This document shows positions 25,205-37,985 of a stretch of DNA of 64,000 bases, in pieces (positions within the stretch are counted from its first letter, which is position 1; every line of letters begins with the position of its first letter). Source of the stretch: Polymyxa betae A26-41 (lineage: Eukaryota; Protista; Endomyxa: Phytomyxea); NCBI GenBank assembly GCA_003693705.1, contig RBZT01000794.1, forward strand, positions 1 through 64,000, read 5' to 3'. The translations under genes and the position numbers were made by a program. The notes below the pieces were generated by a model. That model ran no database searches, was not told the DNA's origin, and saw only the letters and a list, made by a program, of their open reading frames with translations.

Positions 25205-25308
25205 GCTCTCGAAATGACCTCACCGCGCAATTCAAAGATGGAATGTCGTGAAGTTTGTATGCTGGTTAGATCAACTGGTTTACTTATCAATTCTATATTA
25301 TCGTGTTG

Positions 25309-27244
25309 CTACAGCAAACTATTGTGGGTATATCTCCAATCGGTTCTTGAATCCAGAGATCTGTTGAAAGGCTTCGGCTCTTCAATAGCCTTGCCACCGT
25401 CGTCTATAATCAGTAGAGGCGCTTGAATGCCAGGAAGCGACCTAGCTGTGGGTCGAATCCAATCAGGTGTGGACGGATTGCTTTCGAAGACGTTGGTTTG
25501 TTTCTTGGTCGCTGTATTTGGGCGACAGATTAAGGCCCCGGGCCTGATTTCACCATCTTTTCGCTGCAAATGATCATGAAGTTGCAGCTGCAGGGTGGAA
25601 TTGCTTGATTCCAAATTCTTCACAGTTGTGCGAAGTTCGTTTAGTTCGCTTGAAATCTAGAGATGTGTCAAATAGAGCCGATTAAAAATCTCTAAAGGTT
25701 GCTATACCTTTTCACTCAAGGCGTGCATCTCGCAAAGCTGCTTGAGAGCAGTTGTAAGCTCTTCTTTCTTAACAGAGAGAGTTTTTGTTGCTTTCTCTTT
25801 ATCCGCTTTCAATATGCTAATTTGCTGCAGCAAACGGTCCTGTTGAGAAATGTGAGTACAGCCGCCTCAAGAGGACAATCATGATTTATTACACGCTCCG
25901 CGTCAGCAGCTTCCTGTTCCTGCTTAAACTGATCCAAAAGAGACGTTTTTGACGCAAGCTCTTGTTCCGAGTCGTCTTGAGTTTGCTGTAATTTAACACT
26001 CGCCTCAGACAGCTGATGTTGGACATTCTGATGACAATTTCAGGTACGGAATTGAAAATCTTCATTCAAAGCACCTGTAACTCCTTTTCGAGTCGACTTC
26101 TATTGCTCGATTCCAAAGCATAGAGAACTTCAATTCTGGCAACATTGGCTTTCGCTTCTTTTGCTGCCAAACGATATTCTTGTAAATGATGAATCTCGGC
26201 TTTTTGTTCCTGGAACGATGCTGAGCATGAGAACACTTCTCTTGAAAAGATCCGATAGAACCTCGATGGTTTTGGAGAGCAGGGATTGCTGTGACATCTG
26301 CTGCGTCAATTGTTCTGACGATATTCGCAGTTGCTCGTTGAGATCGTTATTCCTCTTCATCTCTTTCTCGAACTCGCCAGCATATCGCATTCGCGTCTTC
26401 CACAAAACGTTTGAATACGATTCGTATAGCGATTTATAGTCAATCTGAATTTCTGTCCACAACATTTCAGCTTCGCGACGCTCGAAAAAACACAGAGCAA
26501 TACCGAGACAATCCATGTCGTGCAGGCCCAGTTGACGTGGAGTCTTATCATACTTCAACACATCACTCTGTAATGCAACTTTCTGTGAGGGATGTTGTTC
26601 AGGATCCGTTTTTGATTCAAGCAGCCGTAGAGTATATTGGCCAATGTCGTCATCGGAGACCTCCCTTCCAAAGCTTCGGTGATGGAATTGCACGAGCTCT
26701 CTTAATGGGCATGACTTCAGCAGCCGATAGCAAACTTCATTCTGCATTTTGTCAGATGGAGACCAAATTTCACCTCTGAGAACATACTTGCTCTGTGGAC
26801 TGATCACAGATTACTAAACGAATTTTTTCGCGCTCAAGCAATGGTTGCATGCGATCGGTTTCGCTTTCCACCTAGCCAAAATTACTCGAAGCAAATTATT
26901 TGCAGAATAATGGAAACCTGGATGCCGAATCCTGGTCGCCTAGCCTGATACCGACGCCGAGTTTTCAGAGGCGCCGGCTGCGAGACCGCTTCCAAAGGGA
27001 GTCGCATTTTGGGTCGAATATACAGATCTTCAAACAGCACCAAGATTAAGATCGTAATCACCAAAGTCGGGCCCGCTATCATTTTCAGCCATACAGGCGA
27101 TAGCGATTCTATCAGCAAATAAGCACCACCATTTTCTATCATAGAACCTGGTTGGCAAACACCTGGAGACCGGACACAGGCGCCGGCGTCCAACAAGCCG
27201 AGCCATATGAACAGATGACAACCGGCGTCGACAATATCAGACAT
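25309..27244 (-). CDS. Multi-exon coiled-coil protein with N-terminal hydrophobic segment; function unknown
   Basis: Minus ORFs 26882-27244, 26130-26807 and 25309-25623 joinable through short introns. E/Q/K/L-rich heptads. Confidence 0.55.
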
Positions 27245-27670
27245 GATCGGCGAAATCCATCAATGTACCAAATCGATTCAGAATGTAACCTGGACCACAT
27301 CAGACAGGGTCAGTCATTCTGCCCGGCTCGTCATAGGACTGCTAGACCAAGTGGTCAGTTTTCGGTTTCTAACAGAATCTGACAGCATCAGATGCCGACC
27401 GGCAATGCTGAAACTTCCAGAACTGCCAGCAAAAGTTTCGAAATCGATTAGAAAATGAAAACATCGATGAGAGACAATCAAAGAGGGAGCGATCGTAACG
27501 TAATATCAGCGTTGCTTTTTATCAACATTTTATAGATAACCTCAGAAATGATGATGGCTTGAATAGAAGGGCATGTGAGGCGCAGCCTCAGTTGAAATGT
27601 TCAAGTCAGCAGGCAACAGTGACCTCTTACAACCGATGAGCTCGTTCTTGTCTTCGTCGTTGTCGTGATT

Positions 27671-28078
27671 ATGACGAGGGGGTTTTGGAGGACGACGCGA
27701 CAGACCCTCGCCCGGATCTTTCTCCGTCGGAGATATGTCGGAAGCGATCGTATTGGCAATGATTACTTCTTGGAAGGCGACAAGCGCCAGATCGACTATA
27801 ACGATCGTCTGCCTGATCCGCGTACGATCCCCTGTCAGTGGAATCGCTGGTTACGATTTCAGCGGCAAAACATCCCAAGCGATCCTGAAATCGCACGCGA
27901 AGAGCAAGCGAAAGCTGAAAAGCAGCAGCGTATCGACGATATTCGTCAGGCCGAGAAAACCAGGCGCGAAGCTGAAGGCGACGTTGTATTTGTCAAAGGG
28001 CGTCCATTCACAGGGATTGAGCACCTAATACAAGTTCTGGAAGAGGAGCGTCGGCGTGAAGGATCTTCAAAACGATAA
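27671..28078 (+). CDS. NDUFA12/NDUFAF2 family complex I subunit or assembly factor
   Basis: YVGSDRIGNDYF...IPCQWNRWLRFQRQNIPS matches the VG.D..GN.Y / P.W..WL...R..PP family pattern. Confidence 0.85.
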   Translation: MTRGFWRTTRQTLARIFLRRRYVGSDRIGNDYFLEGDKRQIDYNDRLPDPRTIPCQWNRWLRFQRQNIPSDPEIAREEQAKAEKQQRIDDIRQAEKTRREAEGDVVFVKGRPFTGIEHLIQVLEEERRREGSSKR

Positions 28079-28159
28079 TTGTATTGGCAATTTCCACATC
28101 ACTGCGCAGTTTCGAGACTGCAACTGCGCAGATTTGAATCGATTATCGTCGCCCTCACG

Positions 28160-29666
28160 ATGGGCGGTTTGTTCGGTGAGCCAAGCCTCAGCCCATCTCG
28201 GTATCTATCATGGGCTGTACGTAATCTAGCTCATATACGCGTATCGGAATTTCCAGTATGAAACCGCAACTGATCTTGGAAAAAAGTCCAATTTTTATGC
28301 TCAGGTTCCCTTGAAGAGAATGCCACCTGGTGTGGAATCAATGATGCTTTATGATATCAGTACTGAAATTTTTTCCATTTAAAATACGTCCTGATGGCAT
28401 TGCTAAGGTCTATGTCGGAGAGGATCTGATGAAGAGCTATGCCGGACTCACCCGCTTTTATGGCGCCGGGTTGCTCGAGGGAACGTCTTGCTGCGGATCC
28501 GGTATAGCGATGGCGCCAAAGATGAGATTCGGTTCATCCTGCAGGGGCTACGGAAGTTCGCCGCATACGAACCGCTTCCAACCAACTCCAATGCGAGTGA
28601 TACTACAAATTGCGGTCACTCTGACCTTTCATTTCCCGAGCCCGATTCATCAAGTACGTTTCCCAGCAATCATTTTTAATTTCCTGAATTATCTCTAGAC
28701 AACTTCAAGTGCTCTATCTGTGAGGCGAAAATCAAAACCAAAGGCCCCAATTGGCCGTTTTTTTTTGCTGGTGGCGCTCAAGCTTTGGAGTCAACTGAGT
28801 CCTATATTGCAACCGAAAAAGAGAACGGAGAGGCTGCTCATTTCAGCGTGATTGAGGTGAACGACGACGCCCTTTACGTAATTGGATCGAAGAATGTTCA
28901 TATGGTGATTCGTAATGCTGATGATATTGGCCTATATGAAGGCGGCGCCGAACGCCTGCTTCCTCCCGATTATAGCGGATGCTCAACGTCCTCCGCTGAC
29001 ATCCATGACAGATTCGCTTATGCGAAGCGTATCGCTTCGACTCTTATGAATCTTCTATTTGAGCAAGACCGCAGCCATCTGATCGACGTAATGCAACGTG
29101 AAGCGCTTACCGCTAACTTCGAGCTAATCGACCCCGGTTCGCGCCACTTTGTGTATTATACTAGCGTGTCGCGTCCTGAACTGCGCTTCGTCGCCTGGAC
29201 ATCGGTCGATTTGGATCCGGTTTCCGATGGTCTAACTCGGCACTACTTGCATTCGCTACAGTTAGCTCAAGATTGTGGATTGAAAATTGTTCAATATCAT
29301 CGTTATGGTCGCAATGATCTAAGCAAATTGCTTAAGGACAACCTGTCTCGGGTTAACTCGGAAGGTGTCGTGGTGTATTGCTGCGATGACAGGGGGCGGA
29401 CGTTGGGTCTGTGGAAAGTAAAAACTGTTTGGTACACGATGCATAAATGTATCTGTAATGTCCTGCTGCGACCCAAGCCCTCATCACTAGATGCCAAGAT
29501 CCAAGAGTTCGGGCGTAGACTGAGCTTGTCTAAAGCCGAAATCGAGCATTGGCGTGATATTGGTCGTGGCTTTCATAGCTGGCTTGAGAAGCGTTGCCTT
29601 CTTGATATTGACAATCTGCGATCGAGATATTCGTCGCTTTTCGCTGAATACCAAGCCAGCATATAA
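28160..29666 (+). CDS. Stand-alone ATP-dependent RNA ligase-like nucleotidyltransferase (Rnl1/Trl1-LIG type)
   Basis: GLRKF, motif I KENG (28818), GSKN, TANFE, motif IV EGVV (29361), motif V KVK (29415), in canonical order. Confidence 0.75.
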
Positions 29667-29703
29667 TTGTATCAATCCTAATAAGTTATCTAACAAGTGT
29701 GTA

Positions 29704-31650
29704 TTATGTGTCTAGAAGATCGACACTTATTGTGACCTGGAGGTCATCGGGATTCTCGTGCTCATATGAGTTCTCAGCATTTACGATAGCCTCTTGAAAC
29801 TGATCTAACCACATTGACTTATCAGATGGCTTATCGCAGCAGATAATCACGCTTGAATTGCATCCCTGGAACTTGACCAAATTTCGATAATCACCGTCAT
29901 CATTCATATCGCTGACGCGCGCGCCTCTCAGAGCTATAACGGAATGCTGTCGCAGACCGGCGCCGGACGTTCGCGTCGCGAATACAGCTGCATCATTGCA
30001 TAATATAACGACAGCTGCCGGCGTCGATCTCGCGTTCCGTGTCCAGAAAGCGGACGTATTCTCGAGCAGTAGACGACAATCGCCGGTTCGGATCAGGACC
30101 CGAGACGCCGATACCAGATTGATATGGCCAGCAAATTCTTCCCACTGTAGCTTCTCGAGCGGCGACGTCGCCGACGATATTGCATTGATGTCATGGATGA
30201 GCTCTGTAATGGCCTTCTTAGCTTTGACCACCTATTAGAGCCATAGTCAGTCATGTCAGTCATGTAACATTGCAATGTTGGAGCAACCCGCTCCTCATCT
30301 TCTTACCCTGCGCGACCCTGGTGTGTGTTGCTCAATTCGATCTAAGAACAGTGCATATCGAGGCAGACGCTGAACAGGAAGGATCAAGAGAGAGCTGATC
30401 TCGCGGTCGGTCTCCATGCGAATCCCCTCGAGCAGCGAGTTGAATGCCGGGACGGCCGGTCGCAGCCGTGTGAGCAGCTGAGTCGACGACGCGAACATGG
30501 CGAGATAGTTCGTGTATGGCCAGCGGAAACGCTCCAGGGTGTCGTTGAAGATGGCGCAGAACATAGAGACCTGCTGGGCCGTCGTATGGCGATCGGTGAA
30601 GGCGTCGCTGAATTGCATCAGCAACTCCTGGTGAATGGCAATGATATCGGTTGGATCCAGGAGACAGATCCTGGTCTGGTCTAAAGAGATGATGGCGGTG
30701 GCCGCGTCCTCTGCCATCTCCATCATTCGGTCGTGATAGAACTCTTTCAGCGTCCTCAGATCGTTGAGATAGCGAATTTCGGTCTCCAAAATCTCCTTCA
30801 GTAGGTTCAGGACCTGGTCGCGATCGCCGCGTCGTGCTTCCGGCACCGATACTGCTTTCTTTGGCCTTTCCGGCTCCGGCTCATGAACGACGTTGGGCTT
30901 GGAGATTCGTGTGTTCTGCTGCACATTTCGCTGAGGCAAAAGATCATCGCGCATGGGGGCCTCACGCCAATCACCATCATCGTCAAAGCTGGGTCTGGTT
31001 TCGATGCGATTTCGTTTCGACCACTCCGGCGGGCGGCGCTCTGCATGAGGACGCCTTTCTACATCCATGAACGCGGTCTCGGGGCGGCTCCTCTGTTGAG
31101 GAGGGCGTTGTTCAGGTGACGATGACCGAGAACGCCGATCCATTATTTGCACATCTCTCGGCGACGTTTCGTAACGATTTCTTGCTGGATGTCTCGGAGG
31201 GCGACGCCCCAACGGAGAAGGTCGCCGTACCACCTGGCCCATCCCAGGGCGATTCACTTCTATCGGTGGGCGTCGTTCGGGACTCGGGTGTTGAACGATC
31301 TCCATCAAAGACATCTCGGATCGCCGTTCCGGAGGAGACTGCGAACGCGGTTCCTTCACCTCCACGTCAGCAAACGGCGGGATTCGCGACGGCAGCGTAC
31401 GGCTGGGTCGTCGCGGGCGCGAGAACGCCTTCTGATTCAGATCGCAATCTTCGTCGAACAAAGACTGATTGCGAACGGGCGATCGCACGGGCGATTTCTC
31501 CACAGCTCGCGATTTACCCCGCTGCTTCCGTCGCCGTCTCGGCAGTTGTGAAGGGGACGGGGGCGCTGACAGCTTCACATACGACATGGCGTCAGGATTC
31601 GTGAAATACCGATTTGTGAAAAACCGGATCGGGCTTTGATGGGCCGGCAT
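29704..31650 (-). CDS. RhoGEF (DH-PH) protein with Pro/Arg-rich N-terminus
   Basis: LKEILETEIRYLNDL and ISSLLILPVQRLPRYALFL (DH); RVLIRTG...ILCNDA...KSMWLDQFQEAI (PH). Confidence 0.9.
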
Positions 31651-31697
31651 GACAAAGCCTGGCCGGCGGGGGGAGCGACCCCGGCGCTAATCGAGTT

Positions 31698-32917
31698 ATG
31701 GACCAAGGGCGGCCGCTGTTGACTCAGGCGTGCAAATTTATATCGTCACAAATCGCTTTCAGGCTGACGAATGCGGGCGCGTGCCTCTCAAATCGCTACC
31801 GACGATGTCGCTGGATCATCCCCGGTTCGTCGCCGCGAATCCTTACCGCCAGCAGACGCCAGAGTCGGAGACGAAGAAATCGGCACCGGCGCGATTCAAC
31901 CAACCGTCGCCGTACTCCTATCGATCCATACCGGTGCCGCATACCCATTTCCATCGTCATCATCACCATCGGCATCACCTTGACCACGATTCTTTGCATC
32001 TCGCATACGATTGTATTCTCGGTCTGCCGTTTCGTGGATCGCTGGCCCATGTCGGTGTGATCGGCAGCAGCCGGACGTCAGAGCCCACTTGCATTCGGCG
32101 ACGGGGCCAAGGGCCCGCCGATATCAGGTGGACGATGCAGTCCGGCGCCGACCAGATGGTTGTGCATGCGATCTCGAGCGGATTCGTTGACGGCAACCAG
32201 GCCCGGCTCATTGTGAATGGAGTCGATTACAGTATGAACTGCAGGGGCGTTAATATGATTTTGATCGACCCGAACACGCTCGATATTCGATCGGCGTGTT
32301 TCGATACGCATCTGTATTCGGGCGACGGCAACGCCAGCCTGCAGCAGTTCGCAGCGGATGCAGTGCGGCGACCTGGCTGGGTCTTCGCTCTGGCGGTCAA
32401 AGATGACGCTGCCACGAACCTTGTCCGCGATTCGCGCCTCGCTCTGGAAAGCCTGGGCGTCGATCTGGGAGCGGTCGATGACGCTGGAACATTACAAGTG
32501 ATTGCCGTTTTGGGAACGTCCGGGATCCATCTAACTGGCTGATAGAGGTTGCTTATCGAACGGGGACACGTTCTGCCGCCGCGCGAAGCCAGCATCTTGA
32601 TGAATCTGGCCTCTCGCATGGAGGCCCGTCGCTGCATCGAGGTCTTGGTCCAGTACGGTTGGAGCGTCAACATCAATGCCTTGACTGGGCCTCAAAACAC
32701 GCCCCTCCATGACGCCATTCGGCGCGGGAATAAATCTACTGCCCTGACGCTGTTCGCGTTGGGCGCCGATTCGACGCTGTTCAATCGCGATCGAAGATCG
32801 GCTGATGATCTGGCCCGGAGTCTTTATAAGGCGCCCAGCGCCATCGATTACGCCCGGTCCGGCGATTCCCACGAACTCGAGCTGATGGAGTCCATATATC
32901 GCGAATTGATTGGATAG
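31698..32917 (+). CDS. ILEI/PANDER (FAM3/GG-like) domain plus ankyrin repeat protein
   Basis: RGVNMILIDP...FDTH...LAVKDDAATNL...LESLG (ILEI pattern); NTPLHDAIRRGNKSTALTLFALGAD..LFN (ankyrin). Confidence 0.7.
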
Positions 32918-33027
32918 CATTGTTTTAGATAGACAGTCTCGATCGAGCGATCGTATTGTCGAAATAAACTCCCGATCTGAATCCCAGATCGTTGGCTGCA
33001 AAACACTGGAACACAGGGTAAGGTTTA

Positions 33028-34243
33028 CTAGGGATTTAACCAAGGGTGGTCGAGGATCTCATCTAATGATGGCCGAAGATCGACCTCCTTTTGTAGCATG
33101 GCTCGAAGCAGATCAGCAACGGGATGCTCAGCGATACTATCCGGAATATCCAAGTAGCAGGCCTGAATGCGGCCGAACAACCCCATCAGATTTTCGCTGT
33201 AGAACGGCAACGCTCCAGTCAACATGCTGTATAGAGTGACACCCACCGCCCAAATATCGGCCTGACGTCCATCATATCCGGATCCCTCGCACGCTTCCGG
33301 CGGCATGAACTGTAATGACGTTAGTCATCGAGCGAGTAAACGATGGAGCTATTACGGCGTAGGTCCCGGTCGTATCGAAATACAGAGGTGCCGAACTGAA
33401 GCGTTCAGCGACGCCGAAATCCGATAGTAACAGTCGCGGCTGGCCGTTCGCCATTTTGACGAGAATGTTGGCGGGTTTTATATCACGATGGCATAATGAC
33501 ATTTGATTGTGTACTATAAACGAGTTAGATGGCTGGTTGGTGAGACCAGCGACTGACAATATCGGACGGCTTCGATAAGTTGGCGAAAGCAGGACCGGGC
33601 GACAGCTTCGTCGAGAATGAACGGCTGTTGAGATTGACCTGAGCTCCAGGAACACAGAAAACTGTTTGTTGATTGCTGCCATGATAACAGCTCGCCAAGA
33701 TCGGCATATTCCAAAACTGCAAAATGTTTTCGTCAGCAAAGTTGTTATTTAGAAAGGTGCGTAAGTGGTTGCGCAAAAAGTGCGGGCCTTTCCCACAACT
33801 GCGAACTATGAAAAGTGTTTCACCAGCAACTGCGCACTTAGAAAAGTGTTCACCTATGACAATTTTATCGTTGTCTGGATTGTCGATGACCTCATAGAGA
33901 GTGATGATGTTCGGGTGATGATCCTCTGCATTCGACATCATTGTCAGATGCGTGATCTCCGTCTGGCATCGATCATGGCCGTGGCTCGGGCTCAGCATAC
34001 TCTGCTGCAGCTGCTTCTTCATCCGGCTCTTCGAGAAGATCTTCAACGCCTGCAGCACGTTATCGCACGACGCCCATAGAATCACCTTCCTACACGCATA
34101 TTGCCATTATCATCAACGGCGGCGAACACTCTCGACGACGTCCCGCTCCCGAGCTCCTTCCCGATTCTATACTGATTGATAAACTTGACGCCGTCATCGT
34201 CTCTATGCTGATGAAATTCACTAGTCCGAACTACGATCATCAT
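33028..34243 (-). CDS. CaMKK/GRIK-like Ser/Thr protein kinase, multi-exon
   Basis: INQYRIGKELGSGTSS, ALKIFSK, HPNIITLYEVIDNP, HRDIKPANIL, SDFG, GTYA|FMPPE, ADIWAVG. Confidence 0.88.
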
Positions 34244-34382
34244 CTAATTCATTTCATAATGATTCGCTACGCCTGATCTCTATACAACATTACCACAATT
34301 GACAGGCAGATTTAACCGGCTATTTTATACGATCACGAGTTCGTACTAATTGATCGTGTCGTTTATCAGCCAGTTTGATTGC

Positions 34383-35175
34383 ATGTCGCAACCATCGTCT
34401 TCCACGCCACCAAAGCCACATTATTTCTATACAAATTATCAGCTATCGAATAGGTTCGAAAATCGTTCCGCTTTCGACCACGATTTAATCGGTTCGTAGC
34501 GCTGTCCAGTTACGATCGAAGATCGATCCTTATGTTCGCCCAACCCGAGAACCCATCTCACGAAGCTATACATCGGTGCTGACCGAATATCAGGAGTCGA
34601 TGGCGCGAGGATTGCAGCCAAGATTCCCGCGAATGCGATCTCGTCCAGGTTCGCCGCCGCCATCGCTCTCCTGTTCTAACATCACGTCTTCAGATTCGGC
34701 GCTCCAGCAGCGACGCTCCGGAAAAAAGCTCTTCGATGGAACGCCGCCCTCCATCGAATACAAACACAAGAAGCGAGAACGTCTTCTGGTGGGAATCCGG
34801 AGCCGTACTGGTCCTTTTTTTTAATTGGTGTCGCAGGCGTCGAATGCGCAGTCGGTGGGTGCTGAAAAGCGTTGGTCGTGGGATAAGGCGAAGCCGCCGC
34901 CGCAGCCGAACGACGGCCCTCGGGTGCGGCCGTCGCCGACGGCGCTGTCGTCGTCGCACCCGAACTCGATCGACTCGATCGTGACGGACTGGCGCGAACG
35001 CCTCGTGCAGAGCCGCCGGAGCGAACCCGTCCATTATCATCGGAAGAATCTGTTCAGCCGGCAGACGTTCATCGATGGGACGGCCGAGATGCGCGCCATC
35101 ATGCACGACTATCCGTACGACCCGCTCGGCCTGAAACCGCATTCCTGCGATTACGACAATTACAAACCCGGATAG
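34383..35175 (+). CDS. Small multi-exon hypothetical protein
   Basis: Coding-like segments joined by short GT-AG introns, ending ...DYDNYKPG* at 35175. Start uncertain. Confidence 0.45.
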
Positions 35176-35181
35176 CGATTT

Positions 35182-36369
35182 TTATGTCGTGTGCAGAGCC
35201 TCATCTGTATCGGTCGAGGTCGGGCAGAGATCTTTGGCGACCGAATGCGTTGCCAATCCTTCATGCAAGCAGAGACGTTTCCCGAAACTATGGACGTCGT
35301 CCAACGCCGCGAGAGCGTTCTCGTGGTCGTTGTTGAGCTTGTGAAAGGCGAACAGTCCCGTCAGCAGCGGCAGATGCCATAACGACGTCCGGAACAGCCG
35401 CCTGGCCGTGTCATCGGACGGATTCTCGTGGAATCGCCACGCGCGATGCAGCAGAAACGCGTTCGCCAGCGTCCCGTGCGCGGAGAAGATCATGCTGGTC
35501 ATACCGACCCCCGACGTGATAATCGGTAACGGGAACAGCAACGCGCTGTAGACGAGCGACGACAAGGCGGTCTTGGTGCCGGCGACATCATTCAACGATC
35601 GCATTCGATATCCGCCTGCCTGTAAGTTAGACGGATTGTTGAAGGGCGATTCGATCCTGCCTGCAGCGTAATCGTGACGAAGAAGCCACGCCAACGATAG
35701 GAAATGCGGCATCTGCCAGAAGAACAGAATCGAGGCGAGAGCGGCTGCTTCTGGAGCCAGCATGGTCCCGGTGGCGGCCGTCCATCCCATGACCGGCGGA
35801 ATCGCGCCGACAATCGCCCCTGAACGTCCGGTTTAGTTGAAGGATTCACTCAGGCGATTGATAGGCGACCGATTTCCGTATTGAGCGATGTGAGCTTCTT
35901 AACAGGCGTATAGACGTTGGTGTAGAGGAGAAGGTTGGTGGCGCCCAACAAAGCTGTTAGAGGGTTGGCGCAGGCGTATAGGACAGAGATCCCAGCAGCA
36001 CCGGCAGCGATTCTGTGAACGTTTAGCTATGAGAGGTATACAGAGAATCACCGACCCGAATGCCTTCGCTTTATTGACAGTTAATCGCCCTGATGGCAAC
36101 GGTCGTTGCCTGGTTCGTCTCATTAACGAATCGCTGCGAATCTGCTGAAATTGAGAAAAAAAATGAGAGTTTTTCGTTGCAACTTCGATAATCTGGTTAA
36201 AGGCGCTGGCGCTGGAGGCGGTGAGAAAGGTGCCCGAGACCACACAGGCCAGCGTCGTCACATCAATAGGACTGCCAGCGGCCACGAACCCGAATCCGGC
36301 CGTGCTGGCTACCAGCGCCGATAGACGCGTTTTCGATAGCTGCGAGATCGTTCGCCATGCGGATTGCAT
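35182..36369 (-). CDS. COX10: Protoheme IX farnesyltransferase
   Basis: LSKTRLSALV, NQIIE..DSLMRRTRQRPLPSG, LYTNVYTPVK, GAIPPVMGW, FWQMPHFLSLAW..DYAAGGY. Confidence 0.95.
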
Positions 36370-36664
36370 CGATAAGGCGATGCACTTCTCATATCAAAGA
36401 AGGAACCCTCCTACGAGCAGCCTATACAAATACCGCGCTTAATTCAACTTAATTCGAAAATGTGCGTCACTGCGCATCTCACAACCAACTGGAAAAAATG
36501 CGAGCTTTGGAGACTTTTAAAAAGGTGCGCAACACAATCTGCGTTTGCGACAATTGCGCACTTTCCTCCGCCATTGGCATTTATTGTCGGTCGAGAGTCG
36601 ATTTCGATCCCGAAATCGCCACGAACCAGGCGACCGCTGACACGTCGTGAATGACATCGGGCTG

Positions 36665-37786
36665 ATGTCAGCGCCGGTCCAGTTCAGCCTGCGATCGGAG
36701 CCGAATGGCGTCTCCCAAGCCCCGCCTCCGCCCGCCTCCATCTTCACCATCAACGCCGAATCCCAAAAGCCCGCCCCGACCAAGGTCGCTCCCATCCCTC
36801 TGCCATCATCGCGCGCGGGCGTCTCCGACGACACGCCTTTACTCCTGCGTAATGTCAACCCGGATGTTCGAGCCGCCGCCGACAAAGACAAATGTCGTAT
36901 CGACATGGCGTCGCGACCCGACGCCCCCGATCAGGCCGCTTACGATCGCGTTCCCGTTCATGAATTCGGCTACGCCATCATGGCCGGGATGGGATGGTCG
37001 AAAGGCAAACCGATCGGCAGATCGAATCCGCAGGTCGTGGAACCCTTCGAATACCTTCGGCGTCCGCATCTTCTGGGTCTCGGCGCCAACCCGACGCCCG
37101 CCGAACTCAACCTGCCCTCGATGACGGGCAAGAAACGCAAGAAGAACGACGCCGCCGAGATGATCGACCCGAAGACCGGCAAGACGCGCTACCGGAAAGG
37201 CATCGACGAAGTCCTCGAGGAACGCGACCGCCGAATCGGCGTCGGCGATCGCGTCCTGATCGGGTCGGGGCCGCACGCCTCCCTGACCGGCGTCGTCAAC
37301 GGCCTCAACGAAGACTTCGCCGAGGTCGCTCTCGATCTCAATCACAAACCGGTTCGAGTCGCGATTCGCGATTTGTCACGCTCGAAGAGCCGTGTCGAGG
37401 CTCCGGTCGCAAGGTCCCGTACGTCGTCGTCGCTGAAGGACCTTACCTGGGTCGTACCGGATCTCGTCGTCCGCGTCGTTAGTCGAGATCGCCGCCTGCA
37501 GAAATGGTACAGCTGCAAAGGGCGTGTTTATGATATCGTTTCGAGGGCGCAGTTCACGTTGATGATCGACGGCGTCCTGGTCGACGACGTCACGGAGGCG
37601 GACGTCGAGACCGTCGTCCCGGATCGGCCCGGCGTCCGCCTGCGAATCGTGGCCGGGAAGTATAAAGGCCAGTATTCGCGGCTGTATAGGAGGATGGTGG
37701 ATAAAGGCAAGGCGAAGGTGGACCTGGATAATGGTGAGCGCGTCTCTGTCCGATTGGACGATATCAGTCAGGTCGCCGAGTCATGA
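36665..37786 (+). CDS. GPKOW: G-patch and KOW domain protein (Spp2/MOS2), intronless
   Basis: YDRVPVHEFGYAIMAGMGWSKGKPIG...RPHLLGLGA (Spp2-type G-patch); KOW motifs and W...DLVVRVV...KG.V...VETVVP. Confidence 0.92.
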   Translation: MSAPVQFSLRSEPNGVSQAPPPPASIFTINAESQKPAPTKVAPIPLPSSRAGVSDDTPLLLRNVNPDVRAAADKDKCRIDMASRPDAPDQAAYDRVPVHEFGYAIMAGMGWSKGKPIGRSNPQVVEPFEYLRRPHLLGLGANPTPAELNLPSMTGKKRKKNDAAEMIDPKTGKTRYRKGIDEVLEERDRRIGVGDRVLIGSGPHASLTGVVNGLNEDFAEVALDLNHKPVRVAIRDLSRSKSRVEAPVARSRTSSSLKDLTWVVPDLVVRVVSRDRRLQKWYSCKGRVYDIVSRAQFTLMIDGVLVDDVTEADVETVVPDRPGVRLRIVAGKYKGQYSRLYRRMVDKGKAKVDLDNGERVSVRLDDISQVAES

Positions 37787-37985
37787 TCGCCGTCCTCGTC
37801 ACGATCGTCTCTTCGTCTTCATGCTTGACGACTTCATATCCCTCTTTATCATCAATATAACACGGCCCGTTTAATACACGACAAAGTTACTGTTTTTTGT
37901 ATTTTTTGCAAATTTAATACTTTGTTTGCAAGCATGGCTTAGGGTTTGACGGTCTCACGGAACGCGCACGGCCTCATCCATCTGC

